Origin: Takakia lepidozioides | Taxonomy: Eukaryota > Plantae > Bryophyta | Reading direction: 5' to 3' | Assembly: GCA_030704615.1 (NCBI GenBank) | Contig: CM060732.1 | Span: 34,720,001 to 34,784,000 of the forward strand | Length of the DNA stretch: 64,000 bases | In this document: positions 49,784 to 63,046 of the stretch, piece by piece | Position numbering within the stretch: position 1 is the first letter of the stretch | Layout: each line of letters begins with the position of its first letter | The notes under the pieces: generated by a model | Told to the model about the DNA's origin: nothing | Database searches by the model: none | What the model saw: only the letters and a program-made list of their open reading frames with translations | Made by a program: the position numbers and the translations under genes

Positions 49784-52626
49784 AGGAGGAAGACACAAGT
49801 TACACTGGCACCGCTGATTCCCAGGGGCAAGACGATGGAAAGAAGTCTGTGATCTCCAAAATGAAAGACAAGGCCAAGACCAAGGTTAGAAAGATGAAGA
49901 ATAAGATGGGAAAGAATTCAGATGGTCAGACGGACGACACGGAGGAGGGAATTGATGATGACTCGGGATCCAACGACGACGTAAGCGGCTAATCGATGAT
50001 ATTGTGACTGTAGTTTCCGTTGAATTGTCCAGCATGTGATGTGCAATGCATGTCGATCGTGGTTGTCACCTAGATCTCTGCCAATGGTAGACGTGTGCAT
50101 TTTGATACATGATCTTCTCATTAGTATGCGTTCAGTTTACATCTCGTTCTGAAGATGTGACGAATCGAGTTTAGGAGTACCGTCCAGGGGTGAGGATTCA
50201 ATTCGCCTTTAATTGGAATGTTGATTACAGCTCCACTTCTCGCTTCCGAATACGGAAGCACTTGATGCAGTAAATTAAAGCCTAGGCCATCAGGTTGTCA
50301 CCCAGCTGTGCTGTCCATTGGCGTTTCTAAGTCTTCGCCTTGTGTGAACAAATAATCTCACAGTATGTATGTCCATGACATGACCAGGTGCAGCCACAAC
50401 AGCAGGCTCCAGTGAGCTCTCCTGCTGACTATAACCCATCTGGTGACCGGAATATCTCCCATGCTCCTGAGTCTGAGAGAGGATTTGATGGATACACTGG
50501 CCCAAACCAGTCTGCAAACGATACTTCGGCGACTGAAGCTCCAGCCCCAGAATTGGGCGCTGATGGTTCTCAGCCGATCAGCGGGTTCAAGAATGATGGT
50601 CCCCCTGAAACGTTGCAGGCTGTGCCTACGCAGTATGGAGGCTACGCTTCTTCAAACCGTTCCAACGCACAAGAACAGCAATCTCCTTCAGTCGGAGGTA
50701 GGACTGGTCAAGGATAGCGTTGGCCTTCAGTCGATTGACATTCGTTTCCGAGTATTTTGTATGTGCAACTGTCAGCCTTCCGGAGATGAAGATTAAATCT
50801 TTTCCGTGAAGTTAACTTTTTGTGTCGTTCGCAGCTCATTCGGGATGATGAATCCTGCGAGTAGACGATGATTTCATGTTTATAGTGTGATCGGCTGAAT
50901 TGCCTCGCAGGTCAGGAATTTTCATCTGGAGTGACATCAGATGCTTCGCACTATGCAGATGACAGTGACACATCAATTCCCGAGGGAATTACCAAACCGA
51001 AAGATTTCGACACCGTCGACAGTCGGGATTTTACGCCGTCGTCCGAAACTACTGATGAGTCGAAAGATTTTACGCCATCGTCTGCGACTACTGATGAGCC
51101 AACGGTCACAGAGAATCCTTCCGGAGATTCTATCGGGTACCCCAGTCAAGATGCTCCAAACTCGGAGATGGCTGATGATCAGTACACGAACAAGCCCGCG
51201 GAAGAATTTGCCAGTAGGGATTCTGCACCAACTGACGAAACTACTGATGGCGGGTATACGAATGAGCCATCTACACCCGGTGCTGGCGGGGATTTCACAG
51301 AGACATCTACACCATCCTCTGGCAACACAGATTACCAGGCCAACACAGGCGCAGCGGGCGAGGATAACCAGTCGGATACTGCAAGTAAAGCCTCTGGAGG
51401 ATATGGTGCTATTAAGGACACATTGATGGCATCTGCTGCAGCAGCTGCTGGGGCAGTAGGATACAAAAATCTGGGTTCAGGCCAAGGTAAACAGGAGGAG
51501 GAGAATGTGGCTCCTACAACCCCAGAAGGTGGAGAGGGAAAGTCGTGGGGCCAATGGGCTTCTGACAATGTGAATTCCTGGACATCAAAAGCCCCAGAGA
51601 CTACTTCACAGGGTGCAGGTAAATACGCATGGAAAAGAAGACTCGAAGTAGAGTATTGTAATTGACCGATATTTGTCAGTTTAGCTCGTTTCTGATATTG
51701 CTGAACATTCCGATGACATTAGAGTACTGCAGAAAAACATCGCTTGGAGGGATCTTTTGGTATTGAGCTGGAAGTATTGTGTTGGATTTTGGTTGACAGG
51801 TGCTGTAGAGAGTGCCCAGGATGATGTTTCTTTTAAAGCCAAAGATCTGGACAATGCAACTGGAGATAACCAGTCTTACACCCAGAAGGCAGGTGAGACT
51901 GCAAGTGGAGTGAAGGATACTGTAATGTCCAGTCCAGGTGATGTAAACAACGCTACTGGGGATAATCAGACTTACACCCAGAAAGCAGCTGATACTGCAA
52001 CTGCGGTTAAAGACAGTATAGCATCGACACTGGGTTTGGGACAAAACTCTTCCTCACAGCAGCCGTCATACACCCAGAAGGCATCTGAGTCTGCTACTGG
52101 AGTGAAGGACAATGTAGCATCGGCACTGGGTTGGGGACAGAACCCTTCCTCACCGCAGCCGTCTGTCATAGACAAAGCAAAAGAGTATCTTTCCTCTGCT
52201 GTTGATACTACGAAGGGTTATGTAGGAGGTGCTACCGACACTGCCAAGGGTTACACGGAGTCGGCCAAAGGTACAGCCACTGATTACAGTGCAAAAACTG
52301 CAGACTCTGCCAATGCTACAAAAGATGCAGCGATCCAGAAGATAACACCCGGACATGAGGATAGACAGCTTTCAGATCAAGTTACTGAAACCATCAGCAA
52401 CTTTCCAGGCCAAGTGAGAGGGAGGTTGTTTGGTACCCTTCCGATTACTTCTCCCAGCAACACTGACAGCTCTGATGTTCCCTCATCCGACCAACAAGAG
52501 GGATTAGTGAGTCGTCTGACTGGAATGTTTTTTGGCCCTAAGAAATCTGTGCAGGGTGAAGAGTATTCCGTGGATCAGCAGAATGACACACCTACAGCTG
52601 GTATGGCATTTGGACCCAATTTCTGA
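49784..52626 (+). CDS. LTI65/LTI78 (RD29/CAP160)-like hydrophilic stress protein, multi-exon; start exon not resolved
   Basis: KKSVISKMKDKAKTKVRKMK resembles the LTI65 N-terminal motif. SYTQKA repeats. ITPGHEDRQLSDQVTETI resembles the PGEED motif. Ser/Thr/Asp-rich. Confidence 0.72.
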
Positions 52627-53261
52627 GATTGGTTTTATTGGTTCCATCACTCTTAGCAATGCACAAATTGCTACGCAAACTCTCACCTCTGAGCTTGGGT
52701 GTGCTTGACAGCAAACATAAATTGAACATACATCAAAGTATTTCTTGGAGGGGGGGAGTAATTGAAATTTATTGCAGATTCTGTTGAATCTTTACACCAT
52801 ATGGTGATTGAATAGTAGCTGATATTATACTGGTTTGTTTTGATCAGATCATTCGCAGGAGGGGTCAATGCCCATCTCTACCCCAGCCGCACCTGCAAGT
52901 TAGAGGAGTTCATACCAAAACTGTTTTGTGTTCCAAGTGTGCAAGCTGGTAGTGTATCAAAATAAGTGCGATACTGCTACATACAAGCTAGAAGCGTAGA
53001 TCGTAGGTTGAGATTTGGGAGTACAGCAACGAGAGCTTTATTCCACAGTTTGTATAAATTGCAAGTGTAATGTAAATGATTGTGCTGCTGGCTAGCACCA
53101 ATTTTTTTATTATACATGTACAGCTTGTGCAAGATCGGAATTTATCGTACCCTTGTGCAGCATGTGTTCTTTGAAATCTTCTCCTACCTAAAATGCCTGG
53201 GTTTCTCCTTACACTATTTGAATTCTACTTACAGTGTTTACTGTAAAGACACTTGACTATA

Positions 53262-54805
53262 TCACTCTGTCCCTGTGTTGTCCTCAAAACTTTTTCGCCA
53301 AGCAAGTTCTCGGGCTCCATCTTTGTCAACTATCTTAATCACGAAGTTGAGGGGTGCTGCAACCAATCTTGTTTTCATCTCTGCAAGACATTTGTCCACC
53401 AACTCGAGCGCTTGATTAACCGACATATTCTTCTGATAATACTTATCCATGACCGATAATATAAAGAATGCGCCTGTCATGGTGAATGTAAAAGAAGTGG
53501 AAATTGATGTCATTTGCTTATACATTGCATCTACTCTCAACTGGAAAAGCTTTGTCAAACTATCACACCCATCATCATTTGTCAAACTATCATCTTCAAT
53601 TTTAGCAGCAAAACTCAGAGCCGTAGATGAACATTAAACATGATCGACTACATCAAAGCCTTTGTCTGTACATTCATTACCAGAAAAAGCTAGACACAGT
53701 TTGATGACAACAGATCGTATACCTAGTTTCTCTTCTATTCAATCTGGCGCTCTTTTCTGCAAAGAGTACTTCTGATTCATGTGCAGTTATCCCAGGTGCC
53801 AAGTTTGACCGTTAAGTATATGAAAAGGTAGGCTAGCTATTGTCGATGTTTTGAAAAAGGACCTCACCGTAGCCCAAAGCACCTTTTTCAAGCTTATGGA
53901 GCGTTGCAATGTAGTCCAGGTAATACAGAGATGGTTCATTCCCATCAAAGCCCGCCATCATTATGTTCACTTGATACGGGCTCTGCTCACAAGAGCAATC
54001 CCAAATATTGTGACATAATCAAGTCTTGATAACAGGAAATTGTTATGCTGCTACTTCTAAAGAACTGATCTGAGGAGACAATGTTGTAGCGTGCAGTTCA
54101 TGTGATAAGTTAACTTGATCTTCATCCCACATCAATGACTTAAGAACAGCATACCCGTCTACTTCTAGTTATATGCTAAAATGCAAGGGAAGAGAGAGTC
54201 GTCACTGATCTGGTTCAAGGCGCCCTGCACCAAATCTAGGTCAAATTTCGAGGAGGATAAGGACACGATCAATTGATAAATGATTGAAGAGTAGATCTTG
54301 AATAACACCTGCTGGACAGGTCTACCTTAGAAACTTGAGGGTCATCTGGATCATAAGACGCAGCAGCGGGAAGGAGGGACATGTTCAGAACAAAGATTAT
54401 AATAGCCCACCTTGCGCAGCGCTATAGCCAGCTCTCCCCGCGTGAAGTTGGCAGCTGCTGACGTTGAGAGTGAGATACCATTGCGGAACAGATAAAGATT
54501 GACATTCTTTTGTATGAACTCACAAAACTGCACCCTGCAACCATTCAAGCAATGGAATCGTGACTGATACGCAACCCATGCACAACATATATGTGTCGAT
54601 GAAATATCAAACAAGCTATTCTTAACTCAGTGGCACAAATTATGGACCTGTCTCCGCTCTCCCCAGTACATCCCAGAAGTTTGTGAGAATCCAGCACCAT
54701 GATCTTGTCCTCCGTAGATTTTTGCACCACTATGCTTTGAACGGCCAATGTGTCTGCCACCACCAGCGCAAACCCGTCTCCCAGGAACCCAAAAACACAT
54801 TCCAT
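53262..54805 (-). CDS. PBD: 20S proteasome subunit beta type-2, multi-exon
   Basis: MECVFGFLGDGF...EDKIMVLDSHKLLG..GESGDR; VQFCEFIQKNVNLYLFRNG...AANFTRGELA; PYQVNIMMAGFD; RLVAAPLNFVIKIVDKDGAR. Confidence 0.95.
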
Positions 54806-56419
54806 CACACCCACACTCACAAACTTCTGCCTTTCTCTTTCTGTACTGTCTCCCTCTAGCTCTCTCTTTCTTTTGAGTTCTTGTGGCTTAATCTTGGCAA
54901 CTGCAGTTAGGACACAACCGGTCCTACTACTATCCCACCGATACGTGGCCGTCTCAACGTTCCAGGTCACTGTTCTCAAATCCGGGGAAGTCTCGAGTCG
55001 AGACTTTCCACAACACAAGACATTGCAAGAGTCCGACGGGACTCAGCCAGGCTTCCACATTGTCCACATGAATATCTGGAGGAATCGTGGGAAACCCAAT
55101 CTGGAGTTGGCGTTAAGATTCCGAATTTCACCTCCAGGGTTCCAACTTTTGTCTTTATGCGCGCTGTACTTGAGAGCTGCTTGGAAGCATCCCATTCCAA
55201 CGCGAAACACCAAGAAGAGGCTCTGACGTCATTGAGGACGATGTGGGTGAGGACGAGTGGCGGAGATTGTAATGTGGGAAAAATTACGTCCACGAGTGGG
55301 GTCGACATTTCGTGTTCACAAACAACAACATCTGAAGTTTGCAAGTCAAAGAGCAGCACATATTCACTGGAGCATCTATGTATCCTTTCCGCGATGATGG
55401 CTTAATGCAAAGCAGAACAAAACGGTGGAATATCTTTTGTCCTTGCGTGCTTTACATTGTTTAAACACCAATATTTACGAATCCAAAGTAGAGGTGGATC
55501 TCTTATCTGTCTTTTCCATCTCCCTGCCGCCTTTCGGCACATAGAGCACAAATATACGTATGTAACCAATTCTCTTTTCTTGCTGAGGCCACTGTGACAG
55601 ACAGTCGATCTATGTTACAAGCCTTCAACTTCAATGCTTTCACACAACAATGTCAAACTTTGAATTTCTTCAGGACCAGTTCCCAAATGCAAAGTTTTGT
55701 CTATGTGCTGAGGAGAAAGGGTAGAAACATCTTTCACAGATAAATGCAAGGCATCTGCTCACACCACCAATCCACAGTTCCTCACCCCTTCTCCTGCCAC
55801 TCTGTTCTTTCATGCTATTACAGAAACTGCTCAGGCTCACAAGTTCGCTTCTCTAGGTGAGTCTCTGGTACTCTATGTACAAATACCTTCACTTCAATTG
55901 CACAAAAGTCAGATAAGTGACCTTCAGGCAAGCTCACTTGACTGTCAACTCTCTGCACTGAAAGAAGCAAAGTTCTCCTACGGTGGCCTGACTGGAATTA
56001 AAAGTTGCATTGCTGAGACAATTCCAACCCTTGTTGTCTCAAACAGTATCTACTCTTCCGTGAGGTGCATGCATCCAAACACTCAACTCGGTTCTCGACG
56101 GACCTTCAGAACACCAACTACGCACATACTTATATAGAAGCTTCTTCACTGATATGGAAAGAAACAACAAACTCGTTGCACCCCTCTAAAGGAGATACCG
56201 GAAAAATGTTGGCACAGAACAATCTTCTTGCTGGTCTCTCTCTGGCATCCCCCTGCAAACAGGGTCCTTCAACTCCCTTATCACCAAAACTGGCTACTTA
56301 AACCAAAATTTTGCACCACATCACCCCCAGGTCCAGGCTGAAAGAAATGCAACAAACCCTCACTTGCAGTTCTGCTAGAAGGCCTAATTAGATTCCAGAA
56401 AACAGCCCACTTCCTGGCC

Positions 56420-57367
56420 TTAAATGGCAAGAGAGACAAATTCCACTGTGATAGGGCCTTTAAGCTTGGTGTTGATGATGAAGAACTGGGGATACCGCCT
56501 TAGAAGATTCAGAAGGCCTGACCATGGCCTGCGGTCCCTTTTCCCGTCAAAATTGCCACCGTAATCTGGACCCACAAGCCTTGCAAACTTTGCTGAAAGG
56601 AAGTGACCATGGTACCTCTCCATCAGCTCAGAGTGGAGCTTTGCAATTGGGGTCCACTCACCAGGTGAATGCTCTTGCAATATAGTGGCTACAGCAGTGA
56701 TCACCTCGCCTTCTTCTACTTGGTCCTGCAATATCTCCAAATCTGCCTCCCCTCTCCTTCCATCCCTCTGAAAGTCAAAATGATGTGCCTGCCCCTGCAA
56801 TGTGGTGCTTCCACCTGCCATCATTTCCTCCCCCTCATGCATATTCCATGGCGACAATACCTGCCTTTCCATTGCACCCCCACCGGCATCTTGCTTTGCT
56901 TGCCCTCTCATCTTCTTCGGCCCGGTGCCTTCTACTGCTCCAGTCCCCTTCGCCGCAGCCGAGGCTTTCCCAGCTGATCTCTTTCGACCACCCGTACCCG
57001 GAGTGGTCACTGCTGCCACAGACCTCACAATCTTTTTAGCTGGCAAAAGAAAATAGAATTTTTTGTCCCCTATTTGGAGCAGGTCCTGAGAGTCAAGCTT
57101 GACAGGAGCTTTTCCGGGCTGATGGAGAACACCTTCCACATAGCAGCCATTCTTCCCCAGAACTTCAAGCACGAATCTGCGTCGCTCGAAGTCATAACCA
57201 ATACGAGCATGATGGCGAGAGATGTGCATGCCTCCTCCCAGACTGGCCAAGTCAACATCAACTGACGACTTCTTACTATTTCTTCCCAGCACGATCGAGT
57301 AAGTTTGCATATAGTATTCAAAATCCTCTCCCTGAAGTTTTGCAAACCCTGCTTCCAAGTCCCCCAT
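56420..57367 (-). CDS. FHA-domain transcriptional regulator (FHA1/FHA2-like), intronless CDS
   Basis: MGDLEAGFAKLQGEDFEYYMQTYSIVLGRNSKKSSVDVDL...ISRHHARI.YDF...LGKNGC.VEG, as in plant FHA2 proteins. Confidence 0.93.
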   Translation of the reverse strand: MGDLEAGFAKLQGEDFEYYMQTYSIVLGRNSKKSSVDVDLASLGGGMHISRHHARIGYDFERRRFVLEVLGKNGCYVEGVLHQPGKAPVKLDSQDLLQIGDKKFYFLLPAKKIVRSVAAVTTPGTGGRKRSAGKASAAAKGTGAVEGTGPKKMRGQAKQDAGGGAMERQVLSPWNMHEGEEMMAGGSTTLQGQAHHFDFQRDGRRGEADLEILQDQVEEGEVITAVATILQEHSPGEWTPIAKLHSELMERYHGHFLSAKFARLVGPDYGGNFDGKRDRRPWSGLLNLLRRYPQFFIINTKLKGPITVEFVSLAI

Positions 57368-58245
57368 AGCTGCCCCGCTGTGAAATCTCACAACTGATCC
57401 TTCTCCCGCACGGTTTTGCAGACTCTTAATTTCTACCTATTGAGATATCTCGTGTGACACTAGTTACCACCGACGACGCCTTATATCAATATCTCCCAGC
57501 CCCATCACATCTTACTGACTGGAGCAATCGTTGATTCCAAGTAAACAAAAGCTCACGCTGCCTCAGATACAATTCGAGAACTATGTCTCCAACTTGCCAA
57601 GAAGCTGAAATATGCTATAACCCCTGCACTGCCGCTGCATCATCCCACTGTCCCCGTCACGTAGCTTCCACCCTTGCACTTTCTTCCTCTTGCCTCTACG
57701 CAATCTAGGAAAACAGAAATAGTAAGCTTATAATGCCCTTGTACCTTTACAAATACATGGGCGTCTCTGTCCTCCTCCACCTCATCGAATGCCTTCGGGT
57801 CCTCTAGAAACCCTACCCTCTATCCTTCAAAAAAACCGCACAATTCTCCTCAGACAACAAACAAGGATCTCACAGACCCATATCTCGACTTTGGCCCCCC
57901 TGAACTCCAAAGCTCCTCCCAAGCTCCGCCCACAGTGACGCGCTGTGATCTCCAGCAGCGACCCTACAAAGACCTTTCGTTTACTCTCTCCCTCGATTCC
58001 TCCCCTTCCTCGCAGGGAAATGGTTCGCTCGTCGAGATCCGGAGATAGTATATTCCTCCATCGGAATCCAGGGAGAGTATATTCGTCATTCAGTCCGTTG
58101 TCTCGGTAGCCAAGTTCGGGAGTCAAGTTTTTATTAGCTTTTGGATGGTGCGTGAAGGTTACGGGCAATTCTGAATTGCATAACTTCAGCATCGAGAAGG
58201 AAAGAGGGAGAGAGAGTGTGCGTACAGACTTAGTTTTGCGCGACG

Positions 58246-60388
58246 ATGTCAGCCCCTGGCTCTCGCAAGCGAACCCGCAACAGCTCCGATTCATCGAAAT
58301 CGGAGGAGCATTCAGGAAGTGGGCCTCTTCTGGTCTTCGCACATGGGGCTGGAGCGTCTTCCTCCTCAGATTGGATGCTCAGGTGGGTGTCCAAGTCTGT
58401 GTACGTGCATGTGGAGCTGAGGGAACTGAGGTTGAGCTTCCAGATGTCAGACTGACGAATAGTGCCTCTGTTATCGGCCAGTCTTCACAAAACGATCTTC
58501 TGGCCAATTGGTTTGTTTTTTATGGATTCTGGGGACGGCGACCCTGTGGGTCCTGACAGAGAAGAAGCAGGGTGAAATGGGGGCAGATGGAAGGAGCTGC
58601 TGGCTTCGGCTACCAAAGCTGTAGAGGTGGTCACCTTCGACTATCCATGTAATTCTTACACCTTGAGGGACACCGGTTGCATACTTGCAATGTTGCAGTG
58701 GGCTTATCTTCCCAATGTCGTTGCTAGAGGTGACTGTAGTAACAAATTGAGGGTGAGGGAAGTGCAGATTGCGCTGGAGGAAAGCGTGGGGCGCCTCCGA
58801 AAGCAGAGAAGCTGGTGGACAGTCACATGGCTGAAATTGAGAAAGCTATTGCCACGCATCCTGGCCATCCCTTGGTTCTTGTCGGCAAATCCATGGGATC
58901 GAGGTGCACTTCCATTTCGTCAGAAATTCCCAAAAGGCGCACACCAGTGTAGACATAGCACTCAGGCTGTGGGTTTGACAGATGCTGTCTGACATCAGCG
59001 TGTGGCAGAGAAATTACTGTAGTCTGTAGATTGGGAAGTTGGTCTTGAATGATCTTGTGAGGGCACCAAAGCCGCCCTTTAAGAGGAGCCAATGTGGGGA
59101 CAGGGTGAGCTGCATGGTGGCGGGGAAGGAACATACGAATGTGGCAGCGGTGGTGTGTTTGGGTTATCCCCTCAAGGTGCCATTTCTTTGGCTTCTCTAT
59201 CCTTTTGCAGAGACTTCTGTCCTTGCAGTGTCAGTTCCCCACCAGTAAACCTAATTCTCTGGGCACTACGGCCACCATGTGACCTGCGATGTAGCTTAGG
59301 GTGGGGCCTTGCCTCTCTGAATTCTGAGGACTCGGAGTCCTTGAAGGGGAGATATGTGCTACAAAACAATCCGTTCAGAGGTGGACATGGAGAAATGCCC
59401 ACTACGTTGGCACCATGACTGAACTGACTCTGTTTCCTATGTCCTGCATTAGTTTGGAATCCTGATGGTAGATCCCCTGCTTCTAGAGAGATGTCATCTC
59501 CATAAAGAGCTGCATCAGTATCAAGGTACACAAAAAATGAATGGTAAGTTACCCAGAATGAGCAGATGGAAACACCAGACGTTTTTCTGTTCTCTGGCAG
59601 CAGGCAGATCTTTTGATGTCTAACTAATGGAATTGTGGCACTAAGGCTCAGCTCCATCATGTAAAACTTACTGAAGTGCTCAGCTCCATCGCATAAAACT
59701 TACAGAAGTTATATTCACAACATCAAGCTGCCTGGGGGAATTACTGGTAGGGTGGGGTTTTGCATTTGATATTGCTTGGGTTATTGCAATTTAAACACTT
59801 TCCTTATCTGGCACATAAGATTTTGTATATGATTGTTGGTGTTCTTAGCACCAATATGCGTGCTTTTTCTCTGTGACAGGGAGGTAAGGGAATCCTCCGG
59901 GATGAAACGTTGTTGCAGCTCCGAGCTCCAGTCATGTTTGTGCAGGTGTTTGTTACCTTGGTCTACCTTTCTAGTAATTTGTGAGCTGACAAGTTCTTTT
60001 CATTTTCTCAATATGATAAATGCTCACACCATGAGCGATATCATATCAGTCATGCACTTTTTTCTTCATGTACATGCGTTCAGTTCTTTCTTTTCAAGGG
60101 CCCGAGTCAATGAAGTTCTTATGTATGGAGTTATTGATTGATCCAATGGAGTCACAAGCTGGAGTTGGGTTTTCCCAGGGAAGCAAAGACAGTTTGTGCC
60201 CACTCAGCGAACTGGAAAAGGTCAGGAGGAAGATGGCAGTGAAGAATGAGCTTCATGTGGTTGACGGCGGAGATCACTCTCTCAAACAAACCAAAAAAGC
60301 AAGTGGGCTGACCCAAGCTGAGGCCGAGCAGAAGGCACTTGATAAAATCCAAGCATTTCTGTCTGGAGTTCTGGGGGACACTAACTAG
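58246..60388 (+). CDS. KANSL3-like alpha/beta hydrolase-fold protein, multi-exon
   Basis: VFAHGAGASSSSDWMLRW; VVTFDYP; LVLVGKSMGSR (nucleophile elbow); AVVCLGYPLK; QGSKDSLCP; LHVVDGGDHSL. Confidence 0.88.
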
Positions 60389-63046
60389 CAGAGTATGTTT
60401 GGATTGAGATTGGTAGTCCAAACAAAATGCAGCTGTGTGCAGGGAACATTGCTGATCAGTTGCTCCGTAAAGTGGGCCCATCCTGCTAGAGAATATGTGT
60501 ACAGCAGGTTTTTCTCCAACCTTCCTATGTACAGAATTGAAGAGTTATATTGGAAGACTAACATAATGTCTATTTGAACTTGGATGGATTCGGTACTATC
60601 CAAAGTCTACATATCACAGTTATCTGAATTAGGTGGAAATGATAATGGAGATTGTCATGATGCTCTTGGCTTCACTTGCGGTGTTTTTTGGAGATGTGCT
60701 CGAGCACAGCCAGAGACAAAGGTGGGAAGGTTTGGACATTGGGACATTGTTGCAGGGAAATGGAGTTGCATTGTTGCAAACAAAAATCTGGATCTTACTG
60801 TCATTTAATCCACTTCATAGATGTCCTTAAGCAGAGCTGCCCTAGGGAATGGCTCAAGAGAGCCCGCATATTCTGTAGAACAACTTGGAAAATCCATGGG
60901 GGTCCCTGTTTTGTCAAGAGGTTGTGGTCAAAGAGAGAAGAAGAGTGACACACCAATACGTTTGGCAGATACAAATTGTCCAGCGGGTGAGGAGGGGGCC
61001 CCCACCCCCCCCCCCAAAAGCAACTCCCCTAAGAAAACGTGAAAGGTGGTTGCATGGAGACCTTTCCAAGCGGCCCCCTAAAATCATGGCACCAATTGCC
61101 ATGTCTGACAAGGACGAGAACATGACTGAACGTAAACATTGATAATTAATTTAAGTTTTCAGTGAAAATATCAAAATTTCATTCCCTCCCTTGTAAGAAG
61201 GGACGTCCAATTCCTTGGGGGTGCTCCTACAAAATATTTTATCAAAGCCCGCCTCTTTAACCGGATTGAGGTAAGGGAGTTTTGAGCATTTAAAAAACCT
61301 AAGGGCAATTCACATAGAGGCCATTGGGAGTGCCCATGGAACCTCACTCACTCAAATAAAGAAGGTAGAACGGGGAAAAAGCTCGACACAACAGCATTCT
61401 AGGCCTACTGAGAGATGGATTCTACCTAGCCTGGATGCACTTCTGTTTGCAGTATGGATGAAAAGCAAGGGGTGGTTGGAGAATTAAGGGCTAGCCTAAT
61501 TTTGGGATTTGCTACTTTGTCTCATGTCAACAGTAACATGATCAGGCAGCCATATGCTCATGTACCCAAGTCACTCAAAAAAGAAAATCAAGCAAAGGGG
61601 GACATGCAGCACCGACGGGGTGTGAGGGAGGGTGGCTATTCGCATGGGTCCCACATGGCTATTGCATGTCCTGCTCACGTGTGAAGGACGACGCTTGCCC
61701 TAAACTCATTGGGTGAGCGTCCTGACACGTTGTGGCCACCGACCACACTTTTTGTGGCCTAGCGACCCCTTTAAAGCCTCGATCGTCATGTAGGCTTTCA
61801 TCTCCGGCCGTAGCTTGTGACTTGCTGCAGGGCAAGCAAAAAGCTTCGATCTTGTCACGTCTGCTTTCAACTGCCATGCTATGTAGATTGTAAGGGGTGG
61901 TTCAACACCGAATTTAGTAGCAGCAGCATTGTCCATGATTTGGTCAGACCCAGCAGTCCTTTTTGGTGATCAGTAGTGGTTGATAGCTGAGGGAAGCTAG
62001 TTGATGGAACTAGGGGGGCGGAAGTTGAAGGAGAGGAAGTGTGAGAAGCTCATTGGTGATTGACAGTGTCTCAAAGCTGTGTCAAGAAGCAGGTGGTGGG
62101 GTGGTGGGTCGGAGCTGGTTGATGAGATGAGGATGTAGCTATGTTCCAATGTTTTCCTTGAGAGATCCAGTTACAGGGAGTACCAGCCGCCCTCTTTTTT
62201 GCCTCAGCCTGTCTTGGCAAGTCCTCGCCCCTCCACTTGAGTTTGCGCCTCTTCTGCTGCTGCTTCCGTTATTCCTGTACCCCATCCTTCGATGCTATAG
62301 CAAGTTTTGGTCCTGGTCAGGTCAGCTTCTGGAAGAGAATGGAGGGGTGGTTAGCGGTCACTTTCAAAGCTGCACAAGCACTCTCAAAGTGGGGCAGGTT
62401 TAAGGTGGCCTATTTACCAAATGAGAAAGATGTACCGTGAAGAAACAGAGTCACAAGTTGTGTGTTTTTCCTCTGTTGCAGAGGTGTGGTTGTTGCATCC
62501 AGAACTTGTAAACTCAAGGTGATAGAGCATTTTTTATCGCCATTCTTCAGGAACAACCGCACCTTTGCAACAGGAAATCTCCCATCTTGTGATACTTTCT
62601 TCACTGTATATGTTTCTTCTTTTGGCTGGACTTTCCACAAGCACGACAACAGTTGAACTTGCCTAGGTGCCTTCCTTCTTCACATGCACACAAGGTAAAC
62701 CGTAGCTGCCTCAAAGACATTTGTAAAACATACACAATTGATGCATGTAGGCAAGGGCATAACTTTGAGCACCACGCCAGATCTATTTGCTTTCATGGAA
62801 TTAACTAAGGAGAGTATCCAATCGAGATGAGTGAAATCTGCCAAATGGTTATTCAGATCTGATATTGTCACGGAGTCTTCTATTGCATAGTTCTCTTGAA
62901 TTAGCTCAATGCTTATCGGTAGATTAATCAGTGTTTACCTAGCAAACCATGTCCCAACTTTACCCATTAGCAGCTAGAGACATTCTCCTCAAACCGGTAC
63001 TTTCGACGTTAGTCCTTGTGTAAAACAACACTGAGTTATGATTCTT

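Noticed and set aside
60900-62900. Possible gene or transposon remnants between the hydrolase and the last PPR relic
   Set aside because: Only short ORFs, with no recognisable motif, termini or TSD.
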